Shown one piece after another: positions 18,085 to 26,673 of a stretch of 55,067 bases of DNA. Location: positions 1 through 55,067 of the forward strand of contig JAJZKQ010000002.1 of NCBI GenBank assembly GCA_021804095.1, written 5' to 3'. The DNA is from Candidatus Micrarchaeota archaeon (GTDB lineage Archaea > Micrarchaeota > Micrarchaeia > Micrarchaeales > CABMGC01). The translations under genes were made by a program, and so were the position numbers. How positions within the stretch are numbered: position 1 is the stretch's first letter; each line of letters opens with the position of its first letter. The notes under the pieces were generated by a model. The model did not search any database. It saw only the letters and a program-made list of their open reading frames with translations, and was not told the DNA's origin.

Positions 18085-19245
18085 CTATCTAAAGCCTTCC
18101 GAAGAGTTTCCTGTCGGATGGGCTACATAGAATCCGGTTATCACTATCTCCTTTTCCGCACCCCTGTCTGCTATTATATACTCTGCACGCAGATTTATAT
18201 AATTGGGAGCGGCATGATAGGCATCGTAATTTTTTCCTTTATATGCGATCTGCTTCCCGGAAATCTGGCCTCTTGCAGGAGATCTTCCTACCCTTCTCAG
18301 TAACAGCTCTGTTTTCAGGTATGGAAGTGATTCGCAAAGTTGATTAAATTCGCTTTTTATGGAAGCTCCGTGTTTTCTATAATAATCATAAAACTCTTTT
18401 TCTGCTTCTTCAGAAAAGACCAGCTTATAATTCATATATCTTTCAGGAACTCCTTCTGAAAGCTCATTGAACCTTTTAATTATTTTAGTCATTGCAGCCT
18501 CAGGCGTACGCGACGATCTTATCCCTTCAAACCGTTCATGCTCAAGCTCCAATAACAATGAGGAAAATTCGCCCCCCATCGAATTAATTACCCTTTTTGC
18601 AAGCTTCCAATCTGGAATATTATCCCTAAGCAGTATTGCAATTTTTGATATGATATCAAACCGCTCTATGTCTGCTTTCTCTATGCTATCAATCGGAGAA
18701 TTGAAAACCCATATTAGCTCAGATGCCGTTTTCTTTGCCTGTTTTTCACTATAACTGAAATCTTTTACTCCCATTAAGGTTTTTTCAATGGCTTCTTTAT
18801 CTACCTTATTTCTGGAAAATCCTTTCTTTAAGGCCATTAGCCAGTCCCTGTACAATACTATTTTAGGTTCGTTTTCAGTTTTCCTTGTTTTCTTTACGGT
18901 ATTGATTTCAGTTTCAACTGCTACAGGCTGACTATCCTCCTTCCGGTAGACAATTGAGGCTATGGCATTAACTATCTTGTCATCTTTCTCCCCGTTTTCT
19001 GTTGAGCCTGGATACGTCAATACTCTCTTTATCACTTTTGCCGTCTCGTCCGCCTTTCTTCCTTTGTATTCAGGCAGCATTCTGAGGACTTCAGCTATGT
19101 GGTTTTCTGGCAGTGCAATATGTTCCTCTCCAAATAATGTTATAATTCTAGCAACAACTTTCTTCTCAGCTAAACTTAACGCGTTAGCATTACTACTATC
19201 TTCTCTCGTTGCATTCACTATACCTCTTGTCTTTTCCATCTTCAA
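18085..19245 (-). CDS. Hypothetical protein; the C-terminal ~110 aa resemble the RelE/ParE toxin-fold pattern
   Basis: The C-terminus YKLVFSEEAEKEFYDYYRKHG...LCESLP...LRAEYIIADRGAEKEIVITGFYVAH follows the RelE/ParE sequence pattern (y.i.fs..A.ke...l......l..l...P....yRiiY.i.d....v.i..v.h). I recognise no family in the N-terminal ~270 aa. Confidence 0.35.
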   Translation of the reverse strand: MKMEKTRGIVNATREDSSNANALSLAEKKVVARIITLFGEEHIALPENHIAEVLRMLPEYKGRKADETAKVIKRVLTYPGSTENGEKDDKIVNAIASIVYRKEDSQPVAVETEINTVKKTRKTENEPKIVLYRDWLMALKKGFSRNKVDKEAIEKTLMGVKDFSYSEKQAKKTASELIWVFNSPIDSIEKADIERFDIISKIAILLRDNIPDWKLAKRVINSMGGEFSSLLLELEHERFEGIRSSRTPEAAMTKIIKRFNELSEGVPERYMNYKLVFSEEAEKEFYDYYRKHGASIKSEFNQLCESLPYLKTELLLRRVGRSPARGQISGKQIAYKGKNYDAYHAAPNYINLRAEYIIADRGAEKEIVITGFYVAHPTGNSSEGFR

Positions 19246-19489
19246 CCCTGCATTATTTTCAAATCAATAATCTGGATATTTTCCCGACCGGCATAACCGT
19301 AAACCTCGGATTTTTTCTGAATTACTTGATTTAATCTTATAATATTTGAGAATTAATAATCTTTATATTTTATCCTTGCCCAAAATCAATGAATAATCTT
19401 TAGACCTGCATATTCAAAGCATTCATACGAACAAATAAATACTTAATCCCGCCTAACTAATCTGTAAAGTCATATCCTCTGGTGGACCA

Positions 19490-19912
19490 ATGGCAAATGT
19501 ATATGAAGTGGAGAGCGACAAGCTCGTAAAAAAGACTGCAGAGAAACTTAAGGAACAGAACATACCAAAACCTGCTTATGTTGATTACGTCAAGAGCGGA
19601 GCTGGAAGGGACAGGCCTTCTTCAGACGAGAACTTCTGGTATATGCGATGTGCTTCAATACTCAGGCAGACTTATATCAAAGGGCCTATAGGCATTGCAA
19701 AGCTTAGAGTAAGGTACGGTAACAGGAAGAGGCACATGGTAACACACCCGCATCACAAGCGTGCAGGAGGCAGCATAATAAAGGATGCATTCGATACTCT
19801 GGAAAAGGCAGGATATATTGAAAAGACCAAGGGAGGAAGGGTAGTAACAGGAAAAGGAAAGTCATTTCTGGATAAGACAGCAGGAGAACTGCTTAAAGTC
19901 AAAGGTGCATAG
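19490..19912 (+). CDS. rps19e: Ribosomal protein S19e
   Basis: The sequence is VDYVKSGAGRDRPSSDENFWYMRCASILRQTYIKGPIGIAKLRVRYGNRKR...HHKRAGGSIIKDAFDTLEKAGYIEK, which contains the classic S19e blocks. Confidence 0.95.
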   Translation: MANVYEVESDKLVKKTAEKLKEQNIPKPAYVDYVKSGAGRDRPSSDENFWYMRCASILRQTYIKGPIGIAKLRVRYGNRKRHMVTHPHHKRAGGSIIKDAFDTLEKAGYIEKTKGGRVVTGKGKSFLDKTAGELLKVKGA

Positions 19913-19915
19913 AAA

Positions 19916-20224
19916 GTGCAGCCCGATATGAACGAGAATGAACAGGCCAATATGAAAAAGCGCATCGCGGCAAGGATGCGCGCGATGCAGATAGAACAGC
20001 AGAAGCGCGAGATAGCCAAAAAATACATGACACCTGAAGCATACGAGCGCATGATGAATGTTCGCATATCGAACCAGGAGCTTTATATGCAGATTATAGA
20101 CCTGATAATATCGATGGTACAGAGCGGAAGGATAAATTCAAAGATCAATGAGGCACAGCTTAAGGATATACTTGCAAGAGTTACATACAAAGAGGAACCT
20201 ACTATAACATTTCAACACAAATAA
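19916..20224 (+). CDS. PDCD5/TFAR19-like dsDNA-binding protein (COG2118)
   Basis: The sequence is EQQKREIAKKYMTPEAYERMMNVRISNQELYMQIIDLIISMVQSGRI...INEAQLKDILARV. It sits in the conserved position between S19e and L39e. The track start is GTG; an ATG alternative is at 19928. Confidence 0.85.
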   Translation: MQPDMNENEQANMKKRIAARMRAMQIEQQKREIAKKYMTPEAYERMMNVRISNQELYMQIIDLIISMVQSGRINSKINEAQLKDILARVTYKEEPTITFQHK

Positions 20225-20234
20225 GGTTTTATGA

Positions 20235-20393
20235 ATGGGAAAAAAGAGCAGTGAAAAAAAGAGAAGGCTTGGGAATAAACTCAAGCAGAACAGAAGAATC
20301 CCTGTGCTTGCTATGCTTAGGACACACAGAAGAATACAATCCAACAGGTTCCAGAGAAGCTGGAGGAATAAAAAACTAAGAATAAAGGCATGA
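20235..20393 (+). CDS. rpl39e: Ribosomal protein L39e, 52 aa; not in the ORF track
   Basis: My hand translation gives MGKKSSEKKRRLGNKLKQNRRIPVLAMLRTHRRIQSNRFQRSWRNKKLRIKA, with the L39e pattern KqnrpiP.w...kT......n...R.WRr.kl. The length is 159 nt, in frame. Confidence 0.9.
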   Translation: MGKKSSEKKRRLGNKLKQNRRIPVLAMLRTHRRIQSNRFQRSWRNKKLRIKA

Positions 20394-20439
20394 TCTCTTG
20401 GCAACAAACACACCCACAACCACAAAGACAATAAGGGAG

Positions 20440-20877
20440 ATGAACATAAGCAGGAAGATGTTCCGCACACATATGCCACGAAGGATAAACAATTCCATGA
20501 GAATATTAAGGGAAGAGATAGCAAAGCACCACAAGACCACTCCCGAGTCTGTAAAGATAGGCAGCGAGCTTAACCGTTATCTTATGATGGGCGCCATTAA
20601 CGGCTTTTATGGGGTAAAGGTAGAGATAGAGAAGACAGGCGACTCTGTAAAGGTAGATCTCGCAGAGAAGAAGGCAAAGATAAAAGTTACCGACAACCCA
20701 AAGCAGGCAGGCTCTGGAAAAAATGCCAAAAAGAATTCTGAAAAGCAGTCAAACAATACTAATCCTGCTTCAGCAGAAAAGAGCCAGAAACCGAAACAGG
20801 CAGAGCAGAGGAAAGAAGCCAAAGCAGACTCTGCTGCCAAAACTGGAGAAGTTCACTCTTCGGAAGGGAAGAGCTGA
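20440..20877 (+). CDS. rpl31e: Ribosomal protein L31e with a long K/A/E-rich C-terminal tail
   Basis: The sequence is ...MPRRINNSMRILREEIAKHHKTTPESVKIGSELNRYLMMGAINGFYGVKVEIEKTGDSVKVDL, the L31e core. I prefer the ATG at 20440 (preceded by aaggga) over the TTG at 20398 used in the track. A low-complexity tail of about 60 aa follows the core. Confidence 0.85.
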   Translation: MNISRKMFRTHMPRRINNSMRILREEIAKHHKTTPESVKIGSELNRYLMMGAINGFYGVKVEIEKTGDSVKVDLAEKKAKIKVTDNPKQAGSGKNAKKNSEKQSNNTNPASAEKSQKPKQAEQRKEAKADSAAKTGEVHSSEGKS

Positions 20878-20888
20878 AAGGTCTGCTC

Positions 20889-21557
20889 ATGTCTATAGCG
20901 AAAACAAGTCTCTATGGAAATGATTTCATAGGCGCATTCTCAATATCTAATGAAGAAATAACCCTTATCGGAGGAAACCCCAGAGGAAGCGGTGAGAAGA
21001 TAATATCCGATTCACTTAAAACACGAATAGTGGAGTTACTTCTCAACGGATCTGATTTGATAGGGATATATGCCGTGATGAACTCAAGAGCGCTTATTCT
21101 TCCCGAGATGGCATACTCGAGCGAGGTTAAACGCCTCAAGGATCTTCTCCCTGAGCTTGAAATAGAGATATTGGAGACGAGCCTAAACGCTCTCAGGAAC
21201 AATATCCTTGTCAATGACAAGATAGCAATTATAAATCCTGCATACAGCAAGGAAACTTCCGATAAGATAGGAGATATGCTAGGCGTGGAGATAATCAGCA
21301 TGCCGATAGGCGGCTTCGGGACAGTAGGCGCAAATAACATACTGACCAACAAAGGCATGGTAATGAACAACAGGGTTTCAGAAGAAGAGGAAGAGTTTCT
21401 CAAAGGACTTTTTGGAAATATCTCACAGTCTACTGCCAACACCGGGTCGTTAAGTATAGGTCTGTCCACAATAGCAAATTCGAGTGGGATTGTAGCTGGA
21501 TCATCAACAACAGGCTACGAACTTTCTAACATTGCAGAAGGCCTAGGCCTGGAATAG
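20889..21557 (+). CDS. eif6: Translation initiation factor 6 (aIF6)
   Basis: The sequence is SLYGNDFIGAFSISNEEITLIGGN..., showing the five-fold pseudo-repeat with IGxxxxxN motifs. It sits in the conserved position after L31e. Confidence 0.9.
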   Translation: MSIAKTSLYGNDFIGAFSISNEEITLIGGNPRGSGEKIISDSLKTRIVELLLNGSDLIGIYAVMNSRALILPEMAYSSEVKRLKDLLPELEIEILETSLNALRNNILVNDKIAIINPAYSKETSDKIGDMLGVEIISMPIGGFGTVGANNILTNKGMVMNNRVSEEEEEFLKGLFGNISQSTANTGSLSIGLSTIANSSGIVAGSSTTGYELSNIAEGLGLE

Positions 21558-21670
21558 AAGGACATACTGGAAAAATTCCTAATCAATAAAATTCCTAATC
21601 CTGCCTTGAATAACTGCCTAAAGGATATCGGTTTCGTCTACATTCGTTCTGTTTGTTTATTTGCGGCAAT

Positions 21671-21775
21671 CCCGTTGGAGAGAGTTGAACTCCCAACCTA
21701 TCGGTATCTTCCTTGGAAGCTTGTGTCCAAGATTTCAGGCTACAGCCGATCGCTCTGCCATTGAGCTACAACGGG
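21671..21775 (-). tRNA. tRNA-Tyr (GUA) with a 34-nt intron after position 37
   Basis: The reverse complement folds as acceptor CCCGUUG/CAACGGG (the C1-G72 pair is the archaeal/eukaryal Tyr identity element), D arm GCUC-AAUGGCA-GAGC, anticodon stem AUCGG/CCGAU with loop CU-GUA-G[intron]A, and T arm GGGAG-UUCAACU-CUCUC. The intron contains an internal CUUGG/CCAAG helix compatible with a bulge-helix-bulge splice motif. CCA is not encoded. Confidence 0.9.
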
Positions 21776-21918
21776 TTTAAAACTGATTTATAGCTTTACT
21801 TATTTATATCTTGGGTTTGCTTCCCTGGCTGGCATTTCTTATAATGTTTATTCCGCAAAATTTTAATCCATTTTTATATTTATCAGTTTTATAAGATTCT
21901 AAAGAAGGAACGTGGGAA

Positions 21919-24678
21919 ATGGCAAAAAAGGGAGCACCTGTTTCAAAGACTGGTACTAAAGCTAGAAAACCTGAGACAGATTATACCCATAAGCATAAGA
22001 AACAGAGAATATACGTGCCCCTTACCCTGTATTACATAAAGGATTTTCTCAGGGACATTGCAAACCACAAATATTTTCCAAGCTCAATCCTCTCGATATT
22101 TGCATTGATAAGCGTAGCAATAGCATTCCCGTTTTATCCTATATTGATTCTGATACCACTGATTATAGCCCTTTTCCTGCTCTCTAGAATACATCCCCTT
22201 ATAGGGCTAACAGGACTTATGTTCTTCGCCATGCCCATGATAGTATACCAAGCTCCGCTCCTGGCATGGTTCTATCTGATATTTGTCGGATTCTCAATCC
22301 TTGTAGGATACAAATACGCCGACGCCGCAAGCGTCTTATTTGCATTGACAGTGCTTCCATTCTCATATCTGGGATATATAATCGAGATACCTGCCTTCGT
22401 CATGTCTGTACTCTTTTTAGGATTCAAGCGCAGTGTTGTTGTGACATCTGTATTCATTGTGTTGGTAGTGATGCTTTCGGGGCTCACCGGCATACATAAC
22501 ACGGCTCCTTTCTTTTACAACCAGGCAGGATTCAGGTCTGCTTTCTCGAGTACAGGCCTCTTCTCGATGCTATCTCCGTCCAAGACTGCTCCTTCATTAT
22601 CCTCTTTCTTCTCTGCGTTGTATTCCTCGTTTTCAACCTTTTTCAGCATAAGCGTATGGGGAAATCTTTTCGGAGGAATATATCTTGCTATACTCTCAAT
22701 ATTCTACAACCTTGAGCTCACAGTCCTCCAATTGATAGTCTGGCTGATAACCGTCTTTATCATAATAAACCAGGTTGTAAACAGCAGATCCGAGTACAAA
22801 GGGACTACGGCAGGATTTTACAGCCTTATAATTCTATTCACATTCGCATTCGTAAGCTATGCTTTCGGCACAGGATTCAATATAGCAAACATCTTCGGGT
22901 TCGTGCTGGTAGGGCCCATAACCTTCATACTTGAGCTTAACGATGTCAATATAGTGCGCGCGCTGGAGATGATGAAAAAGGATTTTCTCGATATCTTTGG
23001 AGGTGCCCTTGAAGACCTCACTACCGGCACACATGAAACATTTGGCGACATAGCAGACTACAAGGAAACAAAACAAGAACTTATCGAAGCTGTCCTTGAA
23101 CCAATGGAGCACAGAGAGATAAAAGGAGCATACAACATAAAGCCTGCAAAAGGCATACTCCTTTTCGGCCCTCCGGGAACTGGCAAGACAATGCTTATGC
23201 GTGCGGTATCAAATGAGACGCGTTCGAAATTCTTTTATGTAAAAACTTCCTCACTGATATACAACAGCGATGCGGAAGGCAGTCTCTCAAGGATATTCAG
23301 TACCGCTAAAAAGAACACTCCGGTAGTGCTTTTCTTCGATGAAATAGATGGAATTGCAGGAGCAAGAGAACTTGCTGGAAACGAAAATACCAAACTTCTG
23401 CTCTCAATGCTTTTATCGGAAATGGATGGCTTCCAGAAACTTGACGGAGTCGTAGTAGTGGGCTCAACCAACGTACCTGAGCTTCTTGACCACAGCATCA
23501 TGCGCCCGGGGAGATTCGACAAGATAATCTATGTTCCTCTTCCTGACAAGGATGCAAGAATAGAGGTATTTAAATATTATTCAAAAAAATACCCGATGGC
23601 GTCAGACATAGACTTTGAGAAGCTCTCAGAGATAACCCATAGGTTCTCAAATGCAGACATTGCTAATGTCTGTTCTGAAGCCGCAAGACATGCTGCGAGT
23701 GTTGCCTTAAACGAATCGAAAGTGATGAAGATTGACACGGAAGATCTTGAAAGAGTAATACGGCATACCAAGCCTTCAGTATCACTGGCCAAGCTTGAGG
23801 CTTATGCAAAATTCAGGATGGATTATGAACGAAGAATGTTCCAGAAAGAAGAAAAATCAGATACTCCTTCAGTGTCAATGGAAGACGTTGTAGGTATGGA
23901 AGAGGCCAAAAAGGCACTCTATGAAGCCTTAGAGATTCCCATACTGCATCCAAAGCTTCTTAGCGAGTACCATATACGCTCAATAACCGGTATACTCCTT
24001 TTCGGCCCTCCGGGAACTGGCAAGACAATGATAATGAAGGCAATATCAAACAAAATAGGCAACTACAAAACGATAACAATATCAGGAGATGAACTTATAG
24101 AAAAAGGATATGAGGAAGCTGTGGAGATAATAAGGGACATATTCAACCGTGCAATAGAAAACTCCCCATCGATTATAGTAATCGATGAAATCGATTCTTT
24201 AGCGCCGAAGAGGGATGGGAATTCAGAAGCGGATGTGAGAATAACCGGAGAGTTCCTCAGGCAGCTTGATAGGCTTCAGGAAAGTGGCGGAGTAATAGTG
24301 GTAGGCACAACAAACAGGCCGGAAGCCATGGATCCCGCAATGATACGTCCGGGCAGATTCGACAAATTGATATTTGTAGGCCCTCCGGAAAAAGAAGACA
24401 GGGTCAAAATGTTTCAGAAGAATCTGGATAATGCACCGCTCTCAGACATAGATTTTGATAAAATATCCGGGGAAACTAACAACTATACGGGAGCAGACAT
24501 AGCAAACATATGCCGGGAAGCTAAGATTAATGCTCTTGAAGAACGTATAAAATCAGGCAGTACAAAAAGGATAACCACTGAAGATCTGCTAGATATAATA
24601 AAGAAGACAAGACCATCTGCTCCGGAAAGAAGCCTTGGAAAGTTTGAGTCATTTATGTATCTTCACGGAAGAGCCTAG
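21919..24678 (+). CDS. Tandem AAA+ ATPase (CDC48-like D1+D2) fused to an N-terminal polytopic membrane domain
   Basis: Residues ~55-340 contain about 9-10 hydrophobic segments. D1 has GILLFGPPGTGKTMLMRAV, VVLFFDEIDGI and IMRPGRFDKIIYVPLP. D2 has GILLFGPPGTGKTMIMKAI, SIIVIDEIDSL and MIRPGRFDKLIFVGPP. No protease domain and no CDC48 N-domain are present. Confidence 0.85.
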   Translation: MAKKGAPVSKTGTKARKPETDYTHKHKKQRIYVPLTLYYIKDFLRDIANHKYFPSSILSIFALISVAIAFPFYPILILIPLIIALFLLSRIHPLIGLTGLMFFAMPMIVYQAPLLAWFYLIFVGFSILVGYKYADAASVLFALTVLPFSYLGYIIEIPAFVMSVLFLGFKRSVVVTSVFIVLVVMLSGLTGIHNTAPFFYNQAGFRSAFSSTGLFSMLSPSKTAPSLSSFFSALYSSFSTFFSISVWGNLFGGIYLAILSIFYNLELTVLQLIVWLITVFIIINQVVNSRSEYKGTTAGFYSLIILFTFAFVSYAFGTGFNIANIFGFVLVGPITFILELNDVNIVRALEMMKKDFLDIFGGALEDLTTGTHETFGDIADYKETKQELIEAVLEPMEHREIKGAYNIKPAKGILLFGPPGTGKTMLMRAVSNETRSKFFYVKTSSLIYNSDAEGSLSRIFSTAKKNTPVVLFFDEIDGIAGARELAGNENTKLLLSMLLSEMDGFQKLDGVVVVGSTNVPELLDHSIMRPGRFDKIIYVPLPDKDARIEVFKYYSKKYPMASDIDFEKLSEITHRFSNADIANVCSEAARHAASVALNESKVMKIDTEDLERVIRHTKPSVSLAKLEAYAKFRMDYERRMFQKEEKSDTPSVSMEDVVGMEEAKKALYEALEIPILHPKLLSEYHIRSITGILLFGPPGTGKTMIMKAISNKIGNYKTITISGDELIEKGYEEAVEIIRDIFNRAIENSPSIIVIDEIDSLAPKRDGNSEADVRITGEFLRQLDRLQESGGVIVVGTTNRPEAMDPAMIRPGRFDKLIFVGPPEKEDRVKMFQKNLDNAPLSDIDFDKISGETNNYTGADIANICREAKINALEERIKSGSTKRITTEDLLDIIKKTRPSAPERSLGKFESFMYLHGRA

Positions 24679-24825
24679 ATCCAGACAGATCTCTTCGGCT
24701 TGATCAGGTTCTATAACTTATCATGCGGCGCATTATTATGAATTCAGAGATGAAGTAGAGCACCATCTTCCTGATTGGTCTTGGACTAACTAACATAAAT
24801 GGAAATAGATATGATATCCAGGCAT

Positions 24826-25593
24826 CTATCTCCAGAATTTGATATATGTATACACTATCGCAAGCGCTATTCCTAGAAGCAATAAGAGATATATTGTATT
24901 ATAATCGTGGTAATAAATATTGGAGAAATAGCCTGTTACCTCGCTTTGGAGAGATTCCTTAGATGTGAAAGAAAAGGAGAACTGAGAGAGGGGTTCCTGC
25001 GAATACCATGAAAAAGAGGTAAAGTTCTTATAATCTCCGAGGAATGAGGGTGCAGGAGAGTCTGGAAGAGGGTATACCTTAACGAGTTCAGAACCTGCAG
25101 GTATTATTATATTGAAACGGTAATTAGGAGGCAATGCCTGTCCATTTATGGTATACTCGAAATTCAATACGCTGTTGTTGAATGTATATTCGAACTCTCT
25201 TGGCGCTATATTCTTCATATCTGTAACGTTATTGACGTAATAGCTCATGGTAAGTATTGCCTGGCCGCCATAAGGCTCAAGTATGAGCGGGCCGGGAAGG
25301 AAGGTAAAATCATAAGTGCTTCTCTTATAATTTATTATATTCTGAACAAGATTCGTAGCATATAATGTTTTCTGCCAGTCATTCAGAGTAAGGCCTATGG
25401 CGTTGCGATTCTTGGTATATTGGGATACAGAACTGTTGCTAACATAAACATCGAATGTCTCAACAACATGTGCGCTTGTGTTGCTATTGAGCACAACTGT
25501 GGTGTTGACAAAAGTAATATTATAATAGGCCTTTACATTTCCCAGCAGAACCAGCAGGAAAAGGCCCATCACAAGATACCCTACTCTCATCAA
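24826..25593 (-). CDS. Exported, C-terminally membrane-anchored glycoprotein (hypothetical)
   Basis: It has an N-terminal signal-like helix (GYLVMGLFLLVLLGNVKA), many N-x-S/T sequons, and a C-terminal TM helix (IYLLLLLGIALAIVYTYIKFWR). Confidence 0.55.
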   Translation of the reverse strand: MMRVGYLVMGLFLLVLLGNVKAYYNITFVNTTVVLNSNTSAHVVETFDVYVSNSSVSQYTKNRNAIGLTLNDWQKTLYATNLVQNIINYKRSTYDFTFLPGPLILEPYGGQAILTMSYYVNNVTDMKNIAPREFEYTFNNSVLNFEYTINGQALPPNYRFNIIIPAGSELVKVYPLPDSPAPSFLGDYKNFTSFSWYSQEPLSQFSFSFTSKESLQSEVTGYFSNIYYHDYNTIYLLLLLGIALAIVYTYIKFWR

Positions 25594-25810
25594 ACCACTT
25601 CAATCGTTATTCTAACAGTTTACATTATTATATATTTTTGCTTTGTCTGCCTGCTGTTGCATAATCCGGAAAGATTCCAAAACAGGTATTTTATGACGTT
25701 TTTTCCAGATTTGCATATCCCACAAAATGCTGAGATTATGAAATCAGGCCATGCTTTACAAATTATTGAAAAGCTCTTCCAGATTCATGTAGAATGAGCA
25801 CATTAAGATA

Positions 25811-25883
25811 TAGCCCTGCCCAGATTCGAACTGGGGTTACCGGGTTCAGAGCCCGATGTCCTTGACCACTAGACTACAGGGCT
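25811..25883 (-). tRNA. tRNA-Gln (CUG)
   Basis: The reverse complement is AGCCCUGUAGUCUAGUGGUCAAGGACAUCGGGCUCUGAACCCGGUAACCCCAGUUCGAAUCUGGGCAGGGCU plus discriminator A. It folds as acceptor AGCCCUG/CAGGGCU, anticodon stem UCGGG/CCCGG with loop CU-CUG-AA, and T arm CCCAG-UUCGAAU-CUGGG. Confidence 0.9.
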
Positions 25884-25947
25884 ACAGTCTTCCTTTTATA
25901 TCTTATCAAAGCAATTTATAATCGTTTCTGAAAAAATATAAGCTAGT

Positions 25948-26673
25948 GTGACAATGTATAGGATGGCACCTTCCAATCAAGAACTGCAGGACATGATAAT
26001 AGCAGATGTGGCTTTGTCGGTTGCATTTAGCATATTGCTGAGTGCTGGAAATACGGCAAAACTCTCCTTTTGCGGTTTATCTTCAGGTGTTTTTGGGGCA
26101 TTCTGCAGCAATCCGTTTCTCTTTTATCTTCCCATATCATTTGTAGCGGTCAGTTTCTCATTCATCCTTCACGAATACATGCATAAGAGAGTAGCCCAGC
26201 ATTATGGTGCGATAGCTGCATTTAAGAGGTCAGACATGGGAATAGTAATCGCACTGGTTACATCTTTTCTTGGATTTCTCATGGCACTTCCTGGAGCTAC
26301 AATGATATACACAGACAGGTTTACCAAGCGCCAGGATGGAATCACTTCCGTAGCAGGACCTCTTACTAACTTTGCAGTATTTATTGTATTTTATATAGGA
26401 ATGTTTGTCTTTCAGCAAGGATATATGAATCTGCTAATGGGAACTACGGCATTCATAGCACTATGGCTTGCATTTGTAAACATGCTGCCAATACCTCCGT
26501 TAGACGGAAGTAAAGTGCTTAGATGGAACAAGCCGGCTTACTTTATCATAATAATTACAGTGTTTGCACTCTTGATACTTCTTGAAGGTCTGGCAATACT
26601 CCCAAGCATAGCAATAGTCTTTGTACTATCAGTGATTATGTCACTTTTCTCCAGCAGGATACTATTTTTCTAA
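25948..26673 (+). CDS. Site-2 protease family (M50) intramembrane zinc metalloprotease
   Basis: The HExxH motif lies in a TM helix (ILHEYMHKRVAQHYG), and a distal LPIPPLDGSKVL (NPDG-like) motif is present. It is a multi-TM protein. Confidence 0.85.
   Translation: MTMYRMAPSNQELQDMIIADVALSVAFSILLSAGNTAKLSFCGLSSGVFGAFCSNPFLFYLPISFVAVSFSFILHEYMHKRVAQHYGAIAAFKRSDMGIVIALVTSFLGFLMALPGATMIYTDRFTKRQDGITSVAGPLTNFAVFIVFYIGMFVFQQGYMNLLMGTTAFIALWLAFVNMLPIPPLDGSKVLRWNKPAYFIIIITVFALLILLEGLAILPSIAIVFVLSVIMSLFSSRILFF

Noticed and set aside
19261-19402. Recurrent AATAATCT(T/G) motif (19266, 19355, 19392; two copies share aataatcttta, two are preceded by aaatcaat) in the divergent promoter region between the 386-aa gene and rps19e
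   Set aside because: It is short and AT-only in an AT-rich intergenic region, and it overlaps plausible TATA-like elements. Chance recurrence cannot be excluded without a genome-wide motif count. I did not call it a regulatory site.
20138-21469. Minus-strand ORFs of 128 aa (20138..20524), 77 aa (20607..20840) and 185 aa (20912..21469) across the L39e/L31e/aIF6 genes
   Set aside because: They are antisense to conserved ribosomal-protein and aIF6 genes. Their translations are Leu/Ser/Cys/Phe-rich with no motifs.
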